The notes beneath the pieces are model-generated. The model made no database searches, was not told where the DNA came from, and worked only from the letters and a program-made list of their open reading frames with translations. A stretch of 64,000 bases of DNA from positions 1,860,001 through 1,924,000 of the forward strand of contig OZ210885.1 in assembly GCA_964658305.1 (NCBI GenBank), written 5' to 3'. The position numbers and the translations under genes are program-made. The first letter of the stretch is position 1, and every line of letters begins with the position of its first letter. This stretch comes from Leptogorgia sarmentosa. Lineage: Eukaryota. This document shows, piece after piece, positions 52,801-64,000 of this stretch.

Positions 52801-55800
52801 CCTTTCCATTGTCCATTCTCACACATCAACTTAGTAGAATTTGCAGGAATAAGAACATCCTCTTTGTCGCAAAAAAATTGCACTTCTGTGCTATTCTCAA
52901 CATCGTATCCAATCACTCTTGCATTTGTAACTTTTGATGGATCAAAGCATCTTTCTATAAAGAACCAACTACTGTCAAATATATTTTAGATACCAAATAT
53001 TCTTCCCTAAATTCGTATCCACGAACAGAGAGATACTAGCGCATACAAGTGTGATAGGAGGCCAATTACACTATGCAATAACCCTACCAATCCAAGTAGC
53101 ATGGGGAATTTTGCATATTGCTCCACTTAACTATTGATTTAACAGACTGCCCTGCACACCATCTCCTTTCTATGAGAAACTGAAACATGGTGTAAGGCTA
53201 ATCTTCAAACCCAACGTTGCTATAGCGTGATCATTGGAAATTTTATTCATTGAGGTGTCAAGATCGCTAACTGTGGGAGGGCACATATTGATATACTCGA
53301 TCGTGTTCATAGACCTTAAGAACTACATTATTTTAAAAGAATGATGTACCGCACAGATATATGAATAAGTCCCCCCACAAACAAATTTTCTATATTCCTA
53401 CCACGCTGTTCGTTTACCTATTCTCTTTGAACAAAATGTTATTAATTAATTTACCTTCACACTTTGGTTGTGAAGAGTTCCAGTTTCCAGTCGGCAAACA
53501 TTTTAGAACTTGTTCTCCCACTAAGATGTAGTTTTGATCACATTGAAAACTCACTTCATCTCCTTCGAAGAATCCATCTCCAATAACGTGACCGTTTTCA
53601 GGGGATAAAACTTTGTGGCAAATCGCTAAACGATAAAAATTATTGAAGATTATACTATCGCCCTGCTCGCAAAAACACAATATTATATCTCGGTAGTTAC
53701 TTTTTTAGCCGATGTGGAACTGTGGAAGATGGCATTACGAGTTTTTTAAACACTCAAACAAACAACAATTAACAAACAAACTGAATATTTTTTTCAATGA
53801 TCACCATTTAATTGCACTAACTTTAATTGGAAAATCATTTTTTGGATACCATTTTTGAATAATTGTTCTGAAAATATATTCAAACTTTCATAAAAAATAC
53901 AAACCTAGGCATTTTGGTAGTGTCTCCGACCACTCTCCATTATTACAAGTGGCATTAGGTGTTCCACTTAGCTGATAGCCATTATTGCACTTGAATTGAA
54001 TTATCGATCCGTGGGTTCGATTTTTAGTATTCATTACTCCATTTCGTATATCTGGCAGAACTGCACAGGATGCTAGAATTGGAAGGTTCAGTTAGTAGAA
54101 ATAACTGCAGTTATAATGAACGTACGAAGAATTACTAAAATTAGAAGGTTTAGAAAGTAGAAATATTTCGTTACAATCAATTAACATGATATAATTCTAC
54201 TGTAAACTTGCCAAAAAGGCAACTATATTATTTATAAACATGTACACGGATTAATTTGATAAACCTGAATGAAAATTTTATGTATCTGGTGGCAACCTTA
54301 TTTTACCCCCTCGTGTACTCATTTAGAAACCGTCAAGAAAATCTATACCTCATTTTGTATCATACCTTTACAAGATGGTAATATTCCATTCCATTTTCCA
54401 TCTTCACATGTTAATATTCTCGATGTTTCTGGAATTAGAATTTCGTATTTACCGCAAACAAACTCCACCGCTTTTCCGTGCATAAAGTCTCGTCCGAACA
54501 TTCGTGCATTCGTAACATTTGAAGGATCTGAACAATTCTCTGTAAAAAAATATCAATAATGTTACCACAGACACCGTCACTCTAAGCCATAAAATATTGA
54601 TTTCTGAAATTTTCGAGTGTTTAATTTTATTTCTGCTCTTTTCCTAAATTTGGTCGATCATAGTTCTCTGTCCACGTTGGAAAAGTAGATTTGTACGTAA
54701 CTAACAATCGTTCAAAACCGTCTCACATGATTTGCTAGGTCGAACGAAAAAATATAATTACAGTATTATTCTATTGTACATGTCGTATACGATGGAAATT
54801 TTAATAAAATCTTCTAATTCTCTAGATGACGTGATACATAATTTGATCCTTAGTTTTAGTCTTTACCTTTGCACTCTGGTTCAGAGGCATTCCATTTCCC
54901 ATTGCTTAAGCATTTTAAAACTTTCTCTCCCACCAGCATAAAATTTTGATCACATGTAAAAGTTATTTCATCTCCTTCGTACGTTCCATCGCCAGTTTTT
55001 TGGCTGTTCTTTATCGGACCAATTTCTTCGCAAATCGCTAAAGGAAAAATTACTACAATTTCCAGAGCACATTTGCAGGACAGTCTGCACTGCTGCCTTC
55101 AATTGTTTAATGACACTCCCAAATTTATTCAGGGACAATTTTGGAACAAAAAATTTAACACAGGTCAGTCAAACGTCATCAATTAGACTATTTTGACGAT
55201 TTCTGCTCAATATCTTTAGCTAGTAGAAACGAAATGCTATCCAGCATGAATTCGAAAATAATACTGCTACAACTATCAATATCAAGATTCTTCATTCCCA
55301 TTTGAATGAAATTTTTTAAAGTTGCTTACCTTGGCATTTTGGTATTGAAGCATTCCATTGCCCGTTCTCTGTACATTGAAGAATTTTTTGTCCAACAATC
55401 GCGTGGTTTTCATCGCAAAGAAAAGTGATTTCATCCCCTTCCAGCTTTCCATTTCCAATCACATGACCATTCTGAATTGTTGGAATTTCTCCGCACATTG
55501 CTAGTAAACATTACCGGAAATTTCAGAAAGGGTTGCCTTCACTTTGTCTTTCTGAATAAATAACTGTAATTCTCAGAACAATGTTTTAACCGAAGACAAG
55601 ACCGTGAAGACAATGATCTGCATTCAATAGAGCATTTTGTACCTTTACATGATGGTATTATTCCCTTCCATTGTCCATTTTCACACATCAGTTTTGTTGA
55701 ATTTGCTGGAATAAGAACCCCATCATTATCGCAATAGAATTCCACTTTCTGACCATTCTCGATATCATATCCTGCCACCCTAGCATTTGTAACCTGTGAT

Positions 55801-58800
55801 GGATCGGAGCATTTTTCTACAAACAAATATAATACTTATCAATTGATTAAAGGGATTACATAACCAGGATTTATTGTGTAAACATCAATCGTGACCCAAA
55901 TAATGGGTCAGCAAAAGAATTAGTTGTTAAAGTTATTAAACGTATTTCCCCCGCGATTGGATATGGCCTCTCTAATTAAACAACAGTAACATAATGTGTC
56001 AAAAAACTTTATAGAAAGAAATTATGAAATGTTGCTAAGGTATAATTGTTGGAAATCTCTTGCTACTGCTTTCAAATAATTTATGCACTTGATAACTTGA
56101 TACTTGTTTAAATACCTTCACACTTTGGTTGTGAAGAGTTCCATTTTCCGGTGTGTAAACATTTCAGCACTTTTTCTCCCACCAAAAAGTAGTTTTGATC
56201 ACACAGAAAATTCAATTCGTCTCCTTCTAAGAATCCACCTCCAACAACGAGACCATTTTCAAGCGATGATACTTTATGGCAAATTGCTAAAAGATTGGGT
56301 GAAATACTATTAAAAATTATGTATTATCATATGCACAAAAATTATGCTATATCATATCTTTTCAAGTGTTTTCAAGGTATAAGATTATACCAGTTAGGCA
56401 GGTTCAAAAAACCTTCTTGTTTATTTTTTATCTGCAAAAACGCTTTGGCAGGAGCATATAATAATATTATGACCGTCTTTATCTAATTAATCTTCCATAA
56501 AAAATACAAACCTAGGCATTTTGGTAGTGTCTCCGACCACTCTCCATTTTTACATGTGGCATTAGCTGTTCCACTTAGCTGATAGCCATTATTGCACTTG
56601 AATTGAATTATCGATCCGTGGGTTCGATTTTTAGTATTCGTTACTCCATTTGGCATATCTGGCAGAACTGCACAGGATGCTAAAATTAGGAGGAAGATTC
56701 AGGTAGTAGAAATAACTACATTTATAAACAAATAACATAATAATTATAATTCAACTGTAAATTTCCGGAAAAAGGAAACAATATAATTTATATACACATA
56801 TACACGGATTAAGTGGATAAATCTGAATGAAAATTTTATCTCCGTTTCAGGTGTCAACCATATTATACCTCAAGTTTCGATCTTGTATACCTCATTTTCT
56901 ATGATACCTTTACAAGATGGTAATATTCCATTCCATTTTCCATCTTCACATGTTAATATTCTCGATGTTTCTGGAATTAGAATTTCGTCTTTACCGCAGA
57001 CAAACTCCACCACTTTGCCGTGCATAAAGTCTCCTCCTATCATTCGTGCATTCGTAACATTTGAAGGATCTGAGCAATTCTCTGTAAAAAAAAATTCAAT
57101 AATGTTACCACAGACACCGTCACTGTAAAAATATAGTCTGTAAAATATTGATTTCTGAAATTTTCGAGTGTTTAACTTTATTTCTGTTCTTTTCCTAAAT
57201 TTGGTCGATCATAGTTCTCTATCCACGTTGGAAAAATACAAGACTTGTACGTACAGTAGCTAACAATCGTTCAAAACCGTCTCACATGATTTGCTAGGTC
57301 GAATGCAAAAAATATAATTACAGTATTACTCTATTGTACATGTCGTATACGATGGAAATTTTAATAAAATCTTCTAATTCTCTAGATAACGTGCTACATA
57401 ATTTCATACTTAGTTTTAGTCTTTACCTTTGCACTCTGGTTCAGAGGCATTCCATTTCCCATTGCTTAAGCATTTCAAAACTTTCTCTCCCACCAGCATA
57501 AAATTTTGGTCACATGTAAAAGTTATTTCATCTCCTTCGTGCGTTCCATCACCAGTTTTTTGGCCGTTCTTGATCGGACCAATTTCTTCGCAAATCGCTA
57601 AAGGAAAAATTAATTCAATTTCCAGAACACATTTGCAGGACAGTCTGCACTGCTGCCTTCAATTGTTTAATGACACTTCCAAATTTACTCAGGGACAATG
57701 TTTGAACAATTGTGATTGAAGCTGTCTAACGACAGGCGGTATTATATTTATATGCTGTACAGTATCACCCTCCATTAATGGTGCCCACTATGTCGGCAAT
57801 GTGCGTCAACACCCTTCAATAATTATGGGTGCTATATTCCTAGTCCCTACAGGCCATGTCTAACCATGTCTATCCAAATGTACACATTGTATGAACAAGT
57901 TTTTTCATGATGTCATTTCATACCTTTACAGGATGGTAATGGTCCATTCCATTTGCCATCTTCACACGTTAATATTTTTGACGTTTTTGGAAGTAGAATT
58001 TCATTTTCATCGCAAACAAACTCCACAGTCTTGCTGTGAGTAAAATCGTCTCCTATCATTCTGGCGTTTGTCGTATTTGAAGGATCCAAACAGTCCGCTA
58101 CAGAAAGAAAAATTCAATATTATTTACCAAACAATGTTAATTGGGTATAGCAATACTGAAGATAATTTTTTCATTTTAATAACTTTAACTTGTTCAAACA
58201 TCATTCAGGCATTCCAGTACCTCGTGCATCTGAAAATACCTCTCTCCACCAATACAAGTTTCTATGATGGGTGTTGACCCTAGCATGCACTTCATTGGCT
58301 CTTCAAAACATATCGAAGGCACAAAAGCACGGTAATATACCACGCCATTTGCGGTTTTGGTAAAATACATACCAAGCTTGCTCCTCATAAAATCAACTCC
58401 GGCCGGATATCCATGAGACTGAAAATCACCCTCACCGAAAACCAAGACACCAAAATAAACATTTCTTGAGACATGGCTGACTTTAGTTGCATTTGAAATT
58501 TCGATTATTGTCCAAGAATATTCAGCTCCTTCGACGTTTCGCCATACGATGCCAGACGCTTTTTTCCCGTTGAGCTCGAGACCATATTTTTCAGCTGATT
58601 TGATTAGAATTGTTATTGAATGCTGATACAGATTAGTTTGCAAGCCAGACAAAAATACTTTGTATGTATTCAGAAACTTATCAACGGACGGTACGATCAG
58701 CATCGATGAATCAACTCCTTTACCTCGCTTGTTGAGATACCCTTTTGTGTATTGAACAACTTGACAAGGTTTACTACATTCGAAAAATGAGGACAGCTGA

Positions 58801-61239
58801 CTTTCCATGTCATATTCCTTAAACTCCCCGGAATTCAGAATTTGTTCTCTGTCTTTGCTACGAACCCGAGTAGCATTTTCATATGCAAAAACACGAAAAA
58901 TATCGCCAAAGCTTTTCATTGAAGTCCCTGTTGTAGCAACTACGAATTTGTTGCCCCAGTGCCGAGCAGGAAGCAAGAATTCGACAAGATGATCACAATA
59001 CAGGGTGTTTATCTTGGCACATCTGTTGCCAGATAAGACAGCTATGGGCTTATTTGCTTCAATGATTGTTCCAGAAAGATCGAAATTTTCATCAAGATGA
59101 AAAGTCTCCAATTTGTTTAAATTAATCTTGATTTTTTCTCCCTTCTTATACGACCTGTTTTTGTAACGAAGAAATCCCGTGATATTCAGTATAAGATGTA
59201 CAATCGTACTGTCCTGTGCCGAAATTATCCCAAAACTTGTTTGTTTGTAGGATGCGACAACGTACTTTCGACCCAATCCAGTTTTAGGCAAAGCAAGATA
59301 GCTGTCGGCAGTAAAACGACCCTGGTTTAAGCAAGAAACTTCCACATTTTTTGTTGCTGTTACTGATATCCCCAAATTGTCAACCATTGTGGAATGCATT
59401 CTCATCGATGTCGATATCTTGTACTTCAAAACATTACCAGCCTTCAAATATTTGTTTTTGAGAATGGGAATTCTTGATTTCAATTTGTGCAACGAGATGT
59501 TGATGTAGGTTTCGAATGGAGACGATATTGATATTTCGTTGTATCCACTGTGAAAGACACTCCGCGCTTGTGCAGTGAAGCCAAGAACGAATTCTCTGCC
59601 ATAATGCGTTGAACTCCCTCCAAAATAAAGGGGGAAATATTTTGAACATGGCCAAAAATTGCAAATATAGCTATTGAATGCCGGAGCATTCGTTGTCATA
59701 TTTACATTCGTTGTAAATTGTAAATGTAGTTTTAAATAATCATATCTTACATTCCTTATATATATATATTTAAATGATTGTATTATATTCCCTTTTGTAA
59801 AAGGCACATAATTCAGTCTATGACTGCCTAGTGTTTCATTTTAATAAACGAACTTATAACATAATGCGAAGATGTTTGATGCCTCATGCATGTGACAGTG
59901 AATGAAATAGCTGGAAGGAATAAGCTTTCGAACGGCATAATTATACGAAGCAGTTTGGAACGATTCTAGACTATAATTTTATTATGTGCATGCTTCCGTA
60001 ATATGCATGCTTGATTAATTCAGTCAACCATTAACGGCTAATTGCATGAGATAGCCTAAGTCCTGTTTTCCTTGTTGATGAAGATGCAAATTTTCCTTGA
60101 AGATGCCAATTTGCTAGCAAGTTTGCTACCTACTGTAGAAAAATGTTTGTTTATAATAATTTTGAGGGATTTGTACTTCTTTATTGCGTTTGTACTTATG
60201 CGTTTCAGAGAAAGCGCTAAGCCTATTGTGCATGGGTACAATGACCAAAATAGTTGACAATAAGTATAATGCGCGAATCCTAATGATGCCAAGGGCAATC
60301 GAAAGTTGATCAAATGTCAAATAGTATATTACATAATCATGAATTACGACAAAGAGAGACAATGAGTATTTTCAAAATTAGAAATAGTGTTTAAATTTAA
60401 TAGTATTTCGTCGGTTCTGTCTTGACAAGCATAGCAGCAACGTGGCTATGTAGCTACATTTGCGACACATTAATTAAGATGGTCACTGAATTGAACATCA
60501 CGACAAATAAATTATAAAACTAGCTACGCGCACTCGCATCCTCTGCAAAGCTACACTTATTCGCATTCTCTTGTGTCAACAGCCATTTTTGTTTCAGGCC
60601 ATTGCAATATTTCTCGTAGGGATCTATAATATAGCTAGAACCATTAACATAGTCACACCTATAATTATGTTTGAAACTTAATTAATAGCTACTGGTATAT
60701 GTACGGTAAAGAAATACATAGCACCTTCTTTCGAAATTATTTGTAACAGTTTATTATTTAATCGAAATTAAGTTCTATATTGTGTGGCTCTCTAGATTTT
60801 ACGCATTTTGCCGGCATCGGCTAGACCTACATCTACAGTATCAAGCTGCAATGTTTACAATCATGCCTTGCATCATAAGCAATAAAATAATAATATACTG
60901 TATACATGCAGCATGGCTATAAGTAGCATTACACTACGCGAGATCTTAGTACATATCAAATTGGGGTAATATGAGAATATCAAACTATATAAAACTTCAA
61001 GTAATTATGAAATCTTGTTGCATGAAGCATGCAAAGTAAACAAACGTCACAAGCTGATTAAGCGTGACCATACGATTTTTTGTATTTAGCGATAAAATTA
61101 AAAATATAGAACATATAGATAAGAGCATGAAAGTGAATTAATTCTTACGATTGGATCCAGCTGCTGCATCACTTGTGTGGCAGTTGAACAGAATAATTAA
61201 AATTAAATGTAAAAATTTTGGTAAGATTCCACGCCCCAT
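44639..61239 (-). CDS. Large secreted protein (~2349 aa): signal, IgGFc-binding N-terminal domain, 17 CCP/sushi, TSP1, and a cartilage intermediate layer protein (CILP)-like body
   Basis: 24 coding exons: signal 61239-61149 (MGRGILPKFLHLILIILFNC); 59617-58373; 17 CCP exons between 58097 and 50255; TSP1 49815-49642; 49164-48853; Ig 48546-48441 and 47625-47462; terminal 46668-44639. Phases are compatible and the total is 7050 nt. PolyA signal near 44365-44370. Confidence 0.8.
50255..58097 (-). CDS. Array of 17 single-exon CCP/sushi domains
   Basis: Phase 1-1 exons: 58097-57924, 57597-57427, 57081-56908, 56679-56512, 56286-56116, 55816-55643, 55500-55330, 55037-54867, 54539-54366, 54072-53905, 53625-53455, 52954-52781, 52271-52104, 51619-51449, 51235-51062, 50688-50506, 50425-50255. 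Consensus C...NG/NA...G...F-x-C...C...G-x-W...P-x-C. Confidence 0.9.
53890..57710. repeat. Recent intragenic duplication of a three-CCP block with its introns (~53890-55150 vs ~56496-57710)
   Basis: Near-identical exons and introns, e.g. acaatcgttcaaaaccgtctcacatgatttgctaggtcgaa and cacatttgcaggacagtctgcactgctgccttcaattgtttaatgacact in both copies. Confidence 0.9.
58373..59617 (-). CDS. IgGFc-binding protein (FCGBP) N-terminal-type domain exon (415 codons)
   Basis: YGREFVLGF...TADSYLALPKTGLGRKYVVASY...DLSGTIIEANKPIAVLSGNRCA...CDHLVEFLLPARHWGNKF...KPCQVVQY...DSSMLIVPSVDKF...SHGYPAG. Confidence 0.85.
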
Positions 61240-62560
61240 TGTTGAACAAAAAGGGCTTAGTTTCATTTAAAGTTGCGTCGGATCGAACGTTGTCTTCCCC
61301 CAAGATGAATACAATGTGCTTCTAGACAAAGGTAGCCGACGATTAATAGGTGAACAAAAAATCTCCCAGCTTTATAGACCCGTACTGTATACGTACTTTT
61401 AGAGAGAAATTTGATACAGTAATTTTTGTCATTTACATGCAAACATTGATTGGCTATTCTCCCTATTTTTAGAATGCGCCATTGGTCGTCAGATTGTCTG
61501 ACCTATAAGGGCCTATTTCGGTTTCATATCAAGAGGGGATAAGATTTTCGGTAAAATACAAAGAAAAGCAACCTATAAGCTTTTGCCTCCCCGAACAGCT
61601 GTCAACACACTTCAGTATACAACTTGCGACATATCACACAAAAAATCATACAGTAGATTAAAAAGAATCCAAATTGTTAATTGTTGAAGAAACCAATAAT
61701 TCGCTCCCTGACGGGCAATGCGTAATAATATTGCGCCAAAAACATTTTGATATAAATATTTTGATGCATATGATTTTAATAATCTTTTCTAATATTCTAA
61801 CCTGTTTCAGCTACACCTATTAGGGAACTAATTTCACGAATAAAACAAAAAAGAACAACTTAAGCTATTGCCGTTGGCCAACGTATAACATATTTCAGTA
61901 TCTTAATTGCATGCGATATATATCGGAAGAAATTACATATAGTTATTCCAAAGAATTATATTGCCAAATCGTTGTTCTGCAAATCATCACACGTAGTTTT
62001 GATATAGCTATATACCGCGGGTGTTCGCGAAACTAGCCTCTAGTCGATTGTACAATAAATATTATTGTTTGCTAGAACTCAAAAACCTACACGACATACG
62101 TACACTCGTAATGTAAGTCAACCTAGTCGGGATGTTTCATTAATTTGGGGTACAAAGGGAACAGTCTATTATTAGTAAGAAACAGATATTATGCAAAAAG
62201 AGGATGTATAACTTGACCTGTTAACCCTCTTTCAGCAAAAATATTTTTCAGCATTTATTTCAAGGGCCCTTTTGTGCCTACAAATGCTATCAATTGCACT
62301 GCATTTTGAAAGGGCCGTTCTGCAAGTAATTTGAACCTGGCGCAATGACTTTTATTTAGTGCCGAACTCATGAGTTGTGTGAAAAAAGTAAGCATGAAAG
62401 CTTGACAGAAATTGCTATAATAATTGACCTGCATGTTAATTAGCTTTTTGATTATTTCGTACAAACCACTGGGAATATAGCGACACGTTGAAATAGAATG
62501 TGATACAAAATTATGGATGGTAGAACATGTAACAAATTTAGAGGGTGCATTGTAAAGGAT

Positions 62561-62899
62561 CAGTGGCGGCGGAACAGGGGGGGCTAGGGGGCTAGGGGGC
62601 TAAAAGCCCCCCCAGAAGTAAAAGTGGGGGGGCTTAGCCCCCCCAAAAATACATAAAGAATGTCAGAATGCGAGACACTGAGTCATGAGATGATCAAATA
62701 ATCTACACTCTACAGTATGCACTATGCACAATTGCATATCATGATACCGTATTTTTGTAGATTTTGAACAATTTTTCAAAGTAGGAGACATCACTACAGT
62801 GACTAGACGCCATGCCGTTTGTGTTTCCACCTAGACAAAAACTACGATAAACTTTTTAAAATTTACCCCCCCAAAATAGAATATGTTCCGCCGCCCCTG
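62561..62899. mobile_element. hAT-type MITE
   Basis: TIRs cagtggcggcggaaca / tgttccgccgcccctg flanked by a perfect 8 bp target site duplication taaaggat (62553-62560 and 62900-62907). Confidence 0.9.
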
Positions 62900-63612
62900 T
62901 AAAGGATTTTTTTGTGAGCTTTGAAAGGGGCAGTATAATTGCTGTTGTTATCGAGATGTGAAATGACTAAATTTTTTTGCCGTGAAACATGATTTTGAAT
63001 TGCCGCCGTGAGCCGTGATTGTCTATAAAAACGCTCCGTGAAACGAGAATTAAGCTGTCCTCATCGTGAATTATGATTTTGTCTCGCTTAGTTTGTCTAT
63101 TTTACAATATACAGGTGATTATTTTCGAAAAGTTCCACGATGTAAAAATCTGCCTATTTCTCGTAACCTATATCAATTTATCTCAATATGTAATTGATCT
63201 CATTGCTGCCGAGCGTAGCGAGGCAGCACACTATTCTTGACACGCGGTGGTTTCCCCAGAGTCTACTCGACCCAGTCTTTCGCGCGAGTTATGTATTGTC
63301 GAGATCGAGATCTTGTGTCTGTCTGTCCATAAAGATGTTTGTCGTATCCGGGGGCATAATTAAGCTTCAGGGACGTTTGTTAAAAGAGGGGAGCGGTCAG
63401 AATAATTAAGCTTGAAGTACGTAAACAAGATATTGTATTGCGCACGCGGCACGCATCTTCATGTGCTTCAAGAATCGAAAGATTTTTACAAAAGCGTTTC
63501 ATACGGATGCAAGATTGTGCTAATGTTTTATGCGTTGTGGTTGGGTAATTTGGTATTTATGGCGATCACACATCAATGATGCAAGCAATGTTCAGAATGC
63601 TAGCCCTAATAG

Positions 63613-63675
63613 ACTGTTAGGGTTAGTGTTTACTATGCTATTACTAATAGTATAGTAAACACCAACCCTAACAGT
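63613..63675. repeat. ~63 bp palindrome/hairpin
   Basis: actgttagggttagtgtttactatgctatta pairs with taatagtatagtaaacaccaaccctaacagt. Confidence 0.75.
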
Positions 63676-64000
63676 AAACCTTTACCCTAACTGGCGTGCT
63701 GTTGCTTTTCAAAGAACGGGACATAAACACAATATGCGCACTGAATCGCATTTTTAATTATTATGTTGAGCTTGCGATTAAATAACGAGATATAAACGTG
63801 GTAAACTTAATCGGTAATAATTTTCACTTCGTATGATTGTACACGAAGAACGAAGGCTGCCACACGCTGCTTTCTGAATAATCGGGCATATCAATTTCAC
63901 ACTTCGTGTCATCGTATTACGAAAAAATGTATCTTGCCCAGGCTTTTCAAAAACTCGGATACATTACATTACGTGATTATTTTGACTTCGTATCATCGTA

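Noticed and set aside
56890..56908. Second donor-like site 18 nt downstream of the CCP exon (also near 54348)
   Set aside because: It is phase 0 and would shift the frame of the next phase-1 exon; the first donor fits the 174 nt pattern.

Overview
Eukaryotic, AT-rich animal DNA with GT-AG introns; the gene families and MITE styles suggest a cnidarian, possibly an octocoral (inference only). The window is a cluster of multi-exon genes for secreted mosaic proteins, all spliced by hand with consistent intron phases. (1) The 3' end of a C-type-lectin (CTL) gene, then a paralogous EGFx4-VWD-C8-EGF-CTL unit (17-8897, +). (2) A gene joining a YWTD beta-propeller to a tectonin beta-propeller, whose last exon and 3'UTR appear to be a copy of the lectin gene's 3' end (12944-18041, +). 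(3) A twice-frameshifted single-exon class A GPCR (18661-19599, -). (4) A tandem array of four protease-free GON-domain modules (signal-PAN-EGF/linker-GON) with divergent PAN heads, conserved and apparently recombining GON tails, and a recent ~3.98 kb tandem duplication (25676-43032, +). (5) A 24-exon, ~2349 aa gene: signal, IgGFc-binding domain, 17 CCP/sushi, TSP1, CILP-like body with a furin site (44639-61239, -). Several MITEs, local duplications, hairpins and one minimal hammerhead-like motif are also present. Domain names come from motif recognition, not database searches.
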